A stretch of DNA of 44,219 nucleotides. It comes from a virus. The position numbers and the translations under genes are program-made. Under the pieces are notes generated by a model. That model was not told the origin of the DNA, ran no database searches, and worked only from the letters and a program-made list of their open reading frames with translations. Shown here one piece after another: positions 34,702 through 41,304 of the stretch. The DNA lies in IMG/VR virus record IMGVR_UViG_3300033757_000175. The stretch is one strand, 5' to 3'. Within the stretch, counting starts at the first letter, position 1. The number at the start of each line of letters is the position of its first letter.

Positions 34702-35365
34702 AGTTCATAACCTTTCCTACAGATTCAATTAAATTTAGTTTCTTAGATTTCATTTGTGCTGCTTCAGCACTCATCACTATAAGTTGAGCTATGATATATT
34801 TAAACATTGTATCATCTGGTGGATAGTCTAAATTTGTTTTTTCCGATACAAAAACTGATGTTTCAATTAGTTCTTGTAGTAGGAAATAATATGTATCATT
34901 CACCACAATATCCATATCGTGCATGTAGTCAAGTATATAATATTTTGCTTTAAGGCTTCTGTCAACATTAGCAATCCAGTTGTTTAACCAGATATCAAAT
35001 ATCTGGTCACTACATACTGATTTTACACACAAAAGAGCAATTTTAATATATTGCTCTATTGAAATAGTTGGAATAGTCAATTCTTGAATAAGACGCAATT
35101 CAGTTGAACCAAATTTTAATCCGTTATCTTCTACTTCTATTCCTTTCGTTTCTACTTCCCATAGCCTAGGATTTCTAATGTGAGCATGGAGCGGATTTAG
35201 CAGGATCGCTACTATTGGATCATTGTACCAATGAATATACCCAGTAGAACATAGACCAAGGTTTGGGCTACCCTTAGCTGTTACCCATTTACCAATTTCC
35301 CATTTTACTTCATTAACAGTACCAGCCATTGTTTTCATGTCTTGAGTAGTTAATTTACATTTCAT
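34694..35365 (-). CDS. Conserved hypothetical protein (223 aa)
   Basis: Start trimmed to MKCKLTTQDMKT... (ATG 35365), just downstream of the preceding stop. The segment GYIHWYNDPIVAILLNPLHAHIRNPRLWEVE looks like a conserved phage family that I cannot name. Confidence 0.5.
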   Translation of the reverse strand: MKCKLTTQDMKTMAGTVNEVKWEIGKWVTAKGSPNLGLCSTGYIHWYNDPIVAILLNPLHAHIRNPRLWEVETKGIEVEDNGLKFGSTELRLIQELTIPTISIEQYIKIALLCVKSVCSDQIFDIWLNNWIANVDRSLKAKYYILDYMHDMDIVVNDTYYFLLQELIETSVFVSEKTNLDYPPDDTMFKYIIAQLIVMSAEAAQMKSKKLNLIESVGKVMNYD

Positions 35366-35375
35366 GTTTGGTCCT

Positions 35376-35636
35376 TTAAATGGGGATGTAACTATTTTGT
35401 CCTGGGGAATTTTTCCAAATTTCATCCTCCATTTCATCAAATATATCGTGGGAGATTTTTCCTTCAAGATACATTGCTATAAGAATCAGACTACTTTGGG
35501 CCCTGGTTCTAGTAAAGCTGTTTGTGACTTTCCGCAGCAGTTCATGTTTTTCTAAATTGGTCATATTTACCGCACAAATTTCTATAATTGTTATAATACC
35601 CCATATAGGATTCGAATTGGATTTACTCATAATCAT
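35376..35636 (-). CDS. Hypothetical protein (86 aa)
   Basis: ORF with ATGATTATG start options. Confidence 0.45.
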   Translation of the reverse strand: MIMSKSNSNPIWGIITIIEICAVNMTNLEKHELLRKVTNSFTRTRAQSSLILIAMYLEGKISHDIFDEMEDEIWKNSPGQNSYIPI

Positions 35637-35787
35637 AGTTCATATGAGTAAGCAAGCACCATTCATCATAGTTTTGTGATGTATCAAGCAAATACTCTTC
35701 AAGTGTAACTGGTATAATGCTTGATCCATCGATTATATTCCCGTAACAGTTAAATTCTACGACTGAATCACTGTCTGGCTTTAGCAT
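35623..35787 (-). CDS. Mini-protein (54 aa), absent from the ORF track
   Basis: GGAGAAAACT-ATG start. Translation MLKPDSDSVVEFNCYGNIIDGSSIIPVTLEEYLLDTSQNYDEWCLLTHMNYDYE. Confidence 0.45.
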   Translation of the reverse strand: MLKPDSDSVVEFNCYGNIIDGSSIIPVTLEEYLLDTSQNYDEWCLLTHMNYDYE

Positions 35788-35798
35788 AGTTTTCTCCT

Positions 35799-36077
35799 TT
35801 AGTCTGGCATGTTTTCTTTGATTGATTGTAGTTTCGTCTTACGTAGCTCGTTTTCTGTTGGATTTTGAATATTGGTATGCTGGCACGCCTCAAAAACGGT
35901 TCGAATGACGTTTCGCTCTGACAGTGGCTTTCGTGTTTTCGTTCCATTATCGTCCGCTGTTACCATATTTTCCTTAAATATGGTTTTTGCTTTTTCTAAC
36001 GCTTCTACAACGTTTTCTGCTTTAACGCAGAACTGTTGCATCATATCGTTAGATACTGTTATGGCGTATGTATTCAT
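35799..36077 (-). CDS. Hypothetical protein (92 aa)
   Basis: GGAGGATAGTAGCT-ATG start, directly downstream of the pentapeptide gene. Confidence 0.55.
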   Translation of the reverse strand: MNTYAITVSNDMMQQFCVKAENVVEALEKAKTIFKENMVTADDNGTKTRKPLSERNVIRTVFEACQHTNIQNPTENELRKTKLQSIKENMPD

Positions 36078-36092
36078 AGCTACTATCCTCCG

Positions 36093-36857
36093 TCATGACA
36101 AACGTGGAGCGTCTTTGCGATGTATTTGACATGCAAATGGCAATAGAGCTGCACGAATCGTGGCATACTCGCTGTCATCGCAGTTGAGGGAACACAGATG
36201 ATATGCTAGCTGAACAGCTATACGCCTGTCAACTGTAACATTTGTGCTTCCGCACCACAGTGGCCAACAGGTAAAATCTATATCTGTTCCTCTTAGATCA
36301 GCCATACGCAAAAACGCCCCTTGCAAATTTGCTCCTTGTAAATTCGCATTTTGCAAATTTGCTCTGAGCAAAAATGCCCCTTGTAAATTGGCTTCCTGCA
36401 AAAACGCTCCTTGCAAATTCGTATCTTGTAAATTCGCATCTTGCAAATTTGCTCTGAGTAAAAACGCAGCTTGCAAATTAGCTTCATGCAAATTAGCTTC
36501 ATGCAATTTCGCCTCTTGCAATTTCGCATTTTGCAAATTGGCTTCATGCAGGTCTATTCCAAGCAAAAATGCATTTCGCAAATTTGCTCCTTGCAAATTA
36601 GCATTTTGCAAATTCGCCCAGTCCAAAATCGCGCTTTGCAAATTCGCATTGCACAAATTTGCTCCTTGCAAATTAGCATCTTTCAAATTCACATTGCACA
36701 AATTTGCTCCTTGCAAATTAGCATCTTTCAAATTCACATTTTGCAAATCAGCATCGTGCAAATTCACATTCTGCAAATCAGCACAGGTTCCGCCGCATTC
36801 ACCAGCAATCCATTTTGCATGAGCGTCTAGAATGTCTTTAATTTCTGTAGTATTCAT
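36093..36857 (-). CDS. Pentapeptide-repeat protein (254 aa; Qnr/MfpA-like right-handed quadrilateral beta-helix, DNA-mimic type)
   Basis: About 30 consecutive A(N/D)LxG/A(N/D)Lxx pentapeptides (ADLQNVNLHDADLQNVNLKDANLQGANL...). N-terminus ILDAHAKWIAGECGG and C-terminus ...CWPLWCGS... are typical of the family. Start trimmed to ATG 36857, downstream of the terminator at 36879-36909. Confidence 0.85.
   Translation of the reverse strand: MNTTEIKDILDAHAKWIAGECGGTCADLQNVNLHDADLQNVNLKDANLQGANLCNVNLKDANLQGANLCNANLQSAILDWANLQNANLQGANLRNAFLLGIDLHEANLQNAKLQEAKLHEANLHEANLQAAFLLRANLQDANLQDTNLQGAFLQEANLQGAFLLRANLQNANLQGANLQGAFLRMADLRGTDIDFTCWPLWCGSTNVTVDRRIAVQLAYHLCSLNCDDSEYATIRAALLPFACQIHRKDAPRLS
36300..36790. 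repeat. 15-nt-periodic coding repeat (pentapeptide units) including a perfect 45-nt tandem duplication (36651-36695 = 36696-36740)
   Basis: TTGCAAAT recurs about a dozen times exactly and about as often with one mismatch, phased with the pentapeptide units. All stop-free frames on both strands appear as spurious ORFs. Confidence 0.9.
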
Positions 36858-36878
36858 ACTAATCCCGTTTGGTTTTAG

Positions 36879-36909
36879 AAAAAAAAAGGGAATTGCTTCG
36901 GCAATTCCC
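36879..36909 (-). terminator. Intrinsic terminator closing the GC-rich cassette
   Basis: Minus strand GGGAATTGC-cgaa-GCAATTCCC followed by T9. Confidence 0.85.
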
Positions 36910-36939
36910 TCCATTGACTCTGCTGTGAAATGTTCCGTA

Positions 36940-37119
36940 TCAACCACCACGATACGCGGCTGGGCAGATCGGTGAGTGTCCACGGTCACAACGTAGCGTG
37001 TCGATCAAATGCTGTTCCCTGCATGCACCACAGCATTTTTTTCCGGTGCAGGCACACAGCACATCACTGTTGTTCATGACATCATTGATACTCAGATTCG
37101 GTTTAATGATTTTTTCCAT
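36940..37119 (-). CDS. Cys-rich small protein (59 aa), fourth ORF of the GC-rich cassette
   Basis: GGAG lies 9 nt upstream of ATG 37119. Translation MEKIIKPNLSINDVMNNSDVLCACTGKKCCGACREQHLIDTLRCDRGHSPICPAAYRGG, with 8 Cys in the C-terminal 40 residues. Confidence 0.5.
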   Translation of the reverse strand: MEKIIKPNLSINDVMNNSDVLCACTGKKCCGACREQHLIDTLRCDRGHSPICPAAYRGG

Positions 37120-37149
37120 GTTACGCATCTCCACTCGACATCGTCATTT

Positions 37150-37335
37150 TTACGTCCCATCAACATGGTCATGTGCAATGCCGACATTGACATATCGCAT
37201 TCGTCGCACGGGCGTTATCATTGTCCGGCAAATTTTTTCAGCCCAACCATGTGATTCCGTCCATGCCACCGTGTGCCACCGTGTGATCGGTCGGTCCGTG
37301 GCCTCATCGTAGATTTGTTCATCGATCCTGTACAT
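37150..37335 (-). CDS. Small protein (61 aa), third ORF of the GC-rich cassette
   Basis: GGGGAG lies 7 nt upstream of ATG 37335. Translation MYRIDEQIYDEATDRPITRWHTVAWTESHGWAEKICRTMITPVRRMRYVNVGIAHDHVDGT. Confidence 0.5.
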   Translation of the reverse strand: MYRIDEQIYDEATDRPITRWHTVAWTESHGWAEKICRTMITPVRRMRYVNVGIAHDHVDGT

Positions 37336-37357
37336 TGCGAGACTCCCCATGATATGA

Positions 37358-37387
37358 GGATGGGCATTGCGTCGGCAATGCCCATCC
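37358..37387 (-). promoter_or_regulatory. 13-bp GC-rich hairpin between cassette ORF2 and ORF3
   Basis: GGATGGGCATTGC-(4-nt loop)-GCAATGCCCATCC. No U tract follows, so it could be an attenuator, a stability element or a processing site. Confidence 0.6.
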
Positions 37388-37409
37388 CGGTGTGAGGGGT
37401 GATGGCGGA

Positions 37410-37718
37410 TCAGTCAGGGATGATCCGGGTCGTGGTGCTGCTGCGACGTCCCGCACGCAGCTGTGTGAATGCGGACTCATGCATCTCGGCCAGCAGATTC
37501 TCGACGTAGCTCATTCGCCCATCGGACATGGGGGCCAGCGGATACTCGGTTTTGTCCCGGCCACGTACCACGCGGCCATTGAGCACCCGGAGCAGACAAT
37601 GGTAACCCCGCTCGATGCGGTCGATGGCGTCCAGTACCAACCGCTTCGTGTTTTCGTTGCCGTCCGTGGTCAGGGGGATTCGGTACCCCCTCGATTTTCG
37701 CTGTTTCTGTTCGGACAT
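37410..37718 (-). CDS. Small basic protein (102 aa), second ORF of the GC-rich cassette
   Basis: GGAG lies 8 nt upstream of ATG 37718. Codons are G/C-ending. Translation MSEQKQRKSRGYRIPLTTDGNENTKRLVLDAIDRIERGYHCLLRVLNGRVVRGRDKTEYPLAPMSDGRMSYVENLLAEMHESAFTQLRAGRRSSTTTRIIPD. The 170-aa track version runs across the promoter and was trimmed. Confidence 0.6.
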   Translation of the reverse strand: MSEQKQRKSRGYRIPLTTDGNENTKRLVLDAIDRIERGYHCLLRVLNGRVVRGRDKTEYPLAPMSDGRMSYVENLLAEMHESAFTQLRAGRRSSTTTRIIPD

Positions 37719-37769
37719 GAGACGATCTCCAAAAAAAAACGTTTCTGTTGATCTCGTACAGCTATATAG

Positions 37770-37798
37770 AGGATACCATATGCCCCCCACCCTGTCAA
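37770..37798 (-). promoter_or_regulatory. Sigma70-type promoter candidate inside the GC-rich cassette
   Basis: Minus strand TTGACA (37798-37793), a 17-nt spacer, then TATCCT (37775-37770). An A-tract element lies immediately upstream. Confidence 0.5.
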
Positions 37799-37837
37799 GC
37801 GAAAATCCAAGATTTTTGGCCCCTCGATAAAATTTTG

Positions 37838-38173
37838 TTATCGGACCATACATGGGAACCGTCCGGCCATATATAATGGGATAGCCACCTCCTCGTCGAT
37901 GCAGCCGTAGACACCGTAGCACCTATATATAGTACATTCCTGATACAGTTCGTTCACTATACACACTATATATTGTGGATCGACATTGTCCAGTTTATGC
38001 TTTCCCCCAAGATTCCAGACATACTCGGTCCTGTTTGTCGTCAATCCCTGACCCCAGGAAAACCCGACATTCTGGCTCCAAAACGTACGCGATATTCCGG
38101 ACATGGCATATCCGGTAGGGCGATGGCAATTCGGAGATTCTGGACCCACAGAGTAGGGTATAATACTGGACAT
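37838..38173 (-). CDS. Hypothetical protein (111 aa), first ORF of the GC-rich cassette
   Basis: GGAG lies 5 nt upstream of ATG 38173. Translation MSSIIPYSVGPESPNCHRPTGYAMSGISRTFWSQNVGFSWGQGLTTNRTEYVWNLGGKHKLDNVDPQYIVCIVNELYQECTIYRCYGVYGCIDEEVAIPLYMAGRFPCMVR. I cannot exclude that this stretch is a structured RNA instead. Confidence 0.4.
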   Translation of the reverse strand: MSSIIPYSVGPESPNCHRPTGYAMSGISRTFWSQNVGFSWGQGLTTNRTEYVWNLGGKHKLDNVDPQYIVCIVNELYQECTIYRCYGVYGCIDEEVAIPLYMAGRFPCMVR

Positions 38174-38291
38174 TGCATCTCCAGATTGTCCGACTAAGAC
38201 GACGTCGAGATGGTGCACTGTGGCTTGTGGACCGTACGGACCGGGGTAGGTGGGACGGATAGAAAAAGAAGGACGGACTGGTAGTCAGCTC

Positions 38292-38311
38292 TAAATTTTA
38301 TATAAAATTTA
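38292..38311. promoter_or_regulatory. Perfect 20-bp A/T palindrome at the upstream edge of the GC-rich cassette (operator or promoter candidate)
   Basis: TAAATTTTATATAAAATTTA reads identically on both strands. Confidence 0.5.
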
Positions 38312-38338
38312 AAAACTTTAGGTGGGGGGAAATTTAAA

Positions 38339-38388
38339 TAAATTAAGCTCCTATAACGACTTACATATCATCATAGGAGCTTAATTTA
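38339..38388 (-). terminator. Intrinsic terminator after the SLOG gene
   Basis: 16-bp stem (38339-38354 pairs with 38373-38388) with an 18-nt loop, followed on the minus strand by TTTAAATTT. Confidence 0.65.
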
Positions 38389-38401
38389 GCACAGTTACAA
38401 G

Positions 38402-38749
38402 TTAAATTGTGAATACAAATAATTTTAATTTGGTTTGCACTGATAGATTTATCATATGTTCCGTACCTCTGCTCTGTCCATCCCAGAGAATTACAGCAGC
38501 ATCAGCGTATAATGCCATTTCCCTATTTCTAATATAGCAGGCCGCTTTTCCAAATTTATCCCAGTTTGGTGGGAATTCTTTTACTGGAATGCCATTATTC
38601 TCGGCCCATTGTTTGCCTAGCTGATCCATTCCCATTTCAGTACCACAAACTACCTCTGTTATTTTCAAATCACTAGAAAGACTCTCCAATACAGAGGAAA
38701 GTTTGTTATAATCAACAATAGTCCTAGAACATGCAATAATAGTTTTCAT
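38402..38749 (-). CDS. SLOG-superfamily protein of the DUF2493/YspA type (115 aa)
   Basis: VVCGTEMGMDQLGKQWAENNGIPVKEFPPNWDKFGKAACYIRNREMALYADAAVILWDGQSRGTEHMI follows the G-x-G-x-D...A..W...ADW..yGkaAg..RN..M...DG.S.GT layout recalled for DUF2493. Confidence 0.6.
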   Translation of the reverse strand: MKTIIACSRTIVDYNKLSSVLESLSSDLKITEVVCGTEMGMDQLGKQWAENNGIPVKEFPPNWDKFGKAACYIRNREMALYADAAVILWDGQSRGTEHMINLSVQTKLKLFVFTI

Positions 38750-38857
38750 TTAACCTCCAGCACTAGTTTAATTGTGTTTGATATAAGTTTGTAATTAATT
38801 AGCACAGGACTCACAAAACAAAAATAATTAAAGCACTATACAATAACAATACTATTA

Positions 38858-40720
38858 TCACTTAATTTCTGCATAATTATTTCCAGTCTTACAATCTGCA
38901 ATAAATGGAATAGATAGATTAATAGCATTCTCCATACAATTTTTCAGTGTCCTCACATCCTGTTGCGGATTACAGGACTCACACACAATCTCATCATGGA
39001 CGATCATAACAATCTTCAAACCATGCACTCTACACAGGCAAGCTGCGGCCTTAATCTGATCTGCTGAAAATCCCTGAATCTTGAAATTGAAAGCCTGACG
39101 CACGCATCTAGCTTTAGATGGAGCTTTTCCAGGAGAATAATTGGGTAGAATCTTATACTGAGGAAACCGTCGTCTTCTGCCGGTTAGTGTACAGACAAAT
39201 CCATTGGACTGTAGTTCGTCTCTAGTTTCCTCCATAGCTTCCTTAACTCTGGGATACAATTCAAAGAATTTACTAATCCATTCTTTAGCAGCCTCGACTG
39301 GCACTCCCATATTATGGGAAATACCATATTCGCTACTGCCATATACAATTGGGAAGTTCACACCATTTTTTGCGCGATAGCGTTCTAGTTTGTATTTCTT
39401 GGCTGCTGCTTCGTGTTCCTCGGTTTCATTGGTCAATTCCGTTTCTGTCAGTCCAAGATTGAAGATTCCATTTGCTGTAACAAAATGCAAATCCAGATTT
39501 TTCTTAAAAGCATCAATGATAGAAGGATCACCACTGACCTCGCCAAGAACACGCAGCTCCTGACCAGAAAAATCACCACCTACCAGTGAATATCCAGGAG
39601 CAGCTTTGATAACTTCGCGAAAATTCATATCAGGAAATTGCTTAGAAATATTTGGAAGTTGTTGCAGATTTGGATTTCTGAAATTAGTTCTACCAGTTTT
39701 AACAATTCCTACAGAAGGTCGTACTCTACCATCTATATCAATCATATCATAAGTAGGAATGATATAAGCATCATAGAGCTTACGAATTTTCTTATAATCG
39801 ATAAGAAGATCAATAAAAGGATGTTTTCCTTTCAATTGTGCAAGTGTATTTTTATCCAAACTTTGTGTATACTTACCTGTTTTTGGATTCTTAGTTTTTG
39901 GAACAACTATGTCAAATTCTTCCTTAAGAAGATTAACCAATTGTGGAGTAGATTTAAAATTGACAGGAAGAGTGCGCTCACTGCTACCATCAAATAGAAG
40001 CTGAATAGTAGGATACTTGTGAGCCATAGCAAGCATCCTATCTTCAAGCTCAATCAACTTGTTACTAGCTCTGAGTTTCAATGCATCCAGCTTTTGAACA
40101 TCAATTTCTACTCCATTAATCTCGATATCAGCCTGCACAAACACAAAAGGCATTTCAATAGTATAAAACAGATAAGACAAGTCCTGTTCGGTCAATTCTG
40201 TCTCGTACAAATCATGTAGATACCAAGCCCAAACAGCATCATTATGGCAATATCTATACCATTCCTTACTGTGGTATCCATAACTACTGGCTTTCTCCCA
40301 GCCCTGTACTTCTCCAATAGGAATACGCAAATCCTGTACTGCCAAAACCTTCAAGCCGTGGGTTTCCCTATTTTCATCCAACAAATAACTGGCAATGTAA
40401 GTACAGAAAATACGTTCTGGATAATGCCCACAAAATTTCCTACAGCATTTTATATCAAACTTAGCATTGTGTGCAATAAACAATCCGTTATTAAAAATAA
40501 CGCCCAAAAATTTTAAAATGGATTGAGTTTCTATATTTTCCCATAAATCAATGTAGCAGGCCTTCTTACCATTACAAAAAGAAATTCCCACTGGTTCCAT
40601 TTTCATGTAACTAAGGCCAGTAGTTTCCCAGTCAAAGCTAAACTGGTGCCCTGCTCCATCAAACCAATTTTTTACCTGTTCCAAGGTGGTAAGAATAGTT
40701 CTCTGCTCTGGCACCATCAT
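38858..40720 (-). CDS. Family A DNA polymerase with 3'-5' exonuclease domain (T7-like)
   Basis: Exo motifs FDWETTGL, HNAKFDIK and YCHNDAVWAWYL. Pol motifs GGDFSGQELRVL (A), RYRAKNGVNFPIVYG (B) and MIVHDEIV (C). Confidence 0.9.
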   Translation of the reverse strand: MMVPEQRTILTTLEQVKNWFDGAGHQFSFDWETTGLSYMKMEPVGISFCNGKKACYIDLWENIETQSILKFLGVIFNNGLFIAHNAKFDIKCCRKFCGHYPERIFCTYIASYLLDENRETHGLKVLAVQDLRIPIGEVQGWEKASSYGYHSKEWYRYCHNDAVWAWYLHDLYETELTEQDLSYLFYTIEMPFVFVQADIEINGVEIDVQKLDALKLRASNKLIELEDRMLAMAHKYPTIQLLFDGSSERTLPVNFKSTPQLVNLLKEEFDIVVPKTKNPKTGKYTQSLDKNTLAQLKGKHPFIDLLIDYKKIRKLYDAYIIPTYDMIDIDGRVRPSVGIVKTGRTNFRNPNLQQLPNISKQFPDMNFREVIKAAPGYSLVGGDFSGQELRVLGEVSGDPSIIDAFKKNLDLHFVTANGIFNLGLTETELTNETEEHEAAAKKYKLERYRAKNGVNFPIVYGSSEYGISHNMGVPVEAAKEWISKFFELYPRVKEAMEETRDELQSNGFVCTLTGRRRRFPQYKILPNYSPGKAPSKARCVRQAFNFKIQGFSADQIKAAACLCRVHGLKIVMIVHDEIVCESCNPQQDVRTLKNCMENAINLSIPFIADCKTGNNYAEIK

Positions 40721-40722
40721 AA

Positions 40723-41001
40723 TTACACCTTTGCCCTCTGACCCTGCTTATCATCACCAAACCAAGTCTTCTTGAACTTGCGAATCATGGACAATTGCAT
40801 TTTTACAGATGTTAGGTGTTTCTCAACAAGATTTTCAACTACATCCAGCAACTCACTATCGGTATAATCACCAGAAACTTTACCAGTTTCAACCATATTG
40901 GGATAGAAAAGCAGAGCACTATAATTTGTATCTTCAACAACTTGAACTTCATTAGGGCTAAGACCAATCAAATCCAACAGATTATTAACTTGATCTCTCA
41001 T
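40723..41001 (-). CDS. Hypothetical protein (92 aa)
   Basis: Clean ORF immediately upstream of the polymerase gene. Confidence 0.5.
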   Translation of the reverse strand: MRDQVNNLLDLIGLSPNEVQVVEDTNYSALLFYPNMVETGKVSGDYTDSELLDVVENLVEKHLTSVKMQLSMIRKFKKTWFGDDKQGQRAKV

Positions 41002-41028
41002 AAATTCCTCAGTGCCAGAACAGTATAA

Positions 41029-41304
41029 CTAGTTACCAAAAAGATCATCGTCGAGTTGAACCGCTCTACGAGCTTTAGCAGCCGTCCTAGAAATTGCCCT
41101 ACCAATACATTTTCTATCCTCCGTAATTTTATTCATGATTTGTGGATAGTTTTCTGTCCAATATGCGATCTTTTTCCTCAGTTCTGCCAAAGGAATTTTT
41201 AGAATCTTTGCAATCTCTGGCATAGTGTAATACTCGTCATATCCACTATACAGCAACAACAACTTAAAATTCTCCGGCTTGGTAAACAAGTCTCCAGCTT
41301 TCAT
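41029..41304 (-). CDS. Helix-turn-helix DNA-binding protein (91 aa), first gene of the early arm
   Basis: HTH-like segment TMPEIAKILKIPLAELRKKI, at the head of the leftward operon. Confidence 0.55.
   Translation of the reverse strand: MKAGDLFTKPENFKLLLLYSGYDEYYTMPEIAKILKIPLAELRKKIAYWTENYPQIMNKITEDRKCIGRAISRTAAKARRAVQLDDDLFGN

Noticed and set aside
36300-36790. Possible CRISPR array or satellite, suggested by the highly regular short repeats
   Set aside because: The unit is 15 nt with no unique spacers, it lies entirely in frame within a coding sequence, and no cas genes or leader are present.
36244-36830. ORF-track entries 36244-36822(+), 36471-36830(+) and 36293-36547(-), which overlap the pentapeptide gene
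   Set aside because: They are stop-free alternative frames of a 15-nt periodic repeat and give low-complexity translations (CKFA.., ILQI..). Only the minus-strand frame gives canonical A(D/N)LxX repeats with proper N- and C-terminal domains and operon context.
36998-38197. Plus-strand ORFs 36998-37312, 37009-37254, 37392-37751, 37615-37830 and 37973-38197 in the GC-rich cassette, and the 170-aa and 126-aa long versions of the minus-strand ORFs
   Set aside because: High GC generates long spurious frames. The minus-strand ORFs were chosen because each has a correctly spaced GGAG and they match the orientation of the promoter and both terminators. The long versions start at non-ATG codons without an SD, and the 170-aa one runs across the promoter.
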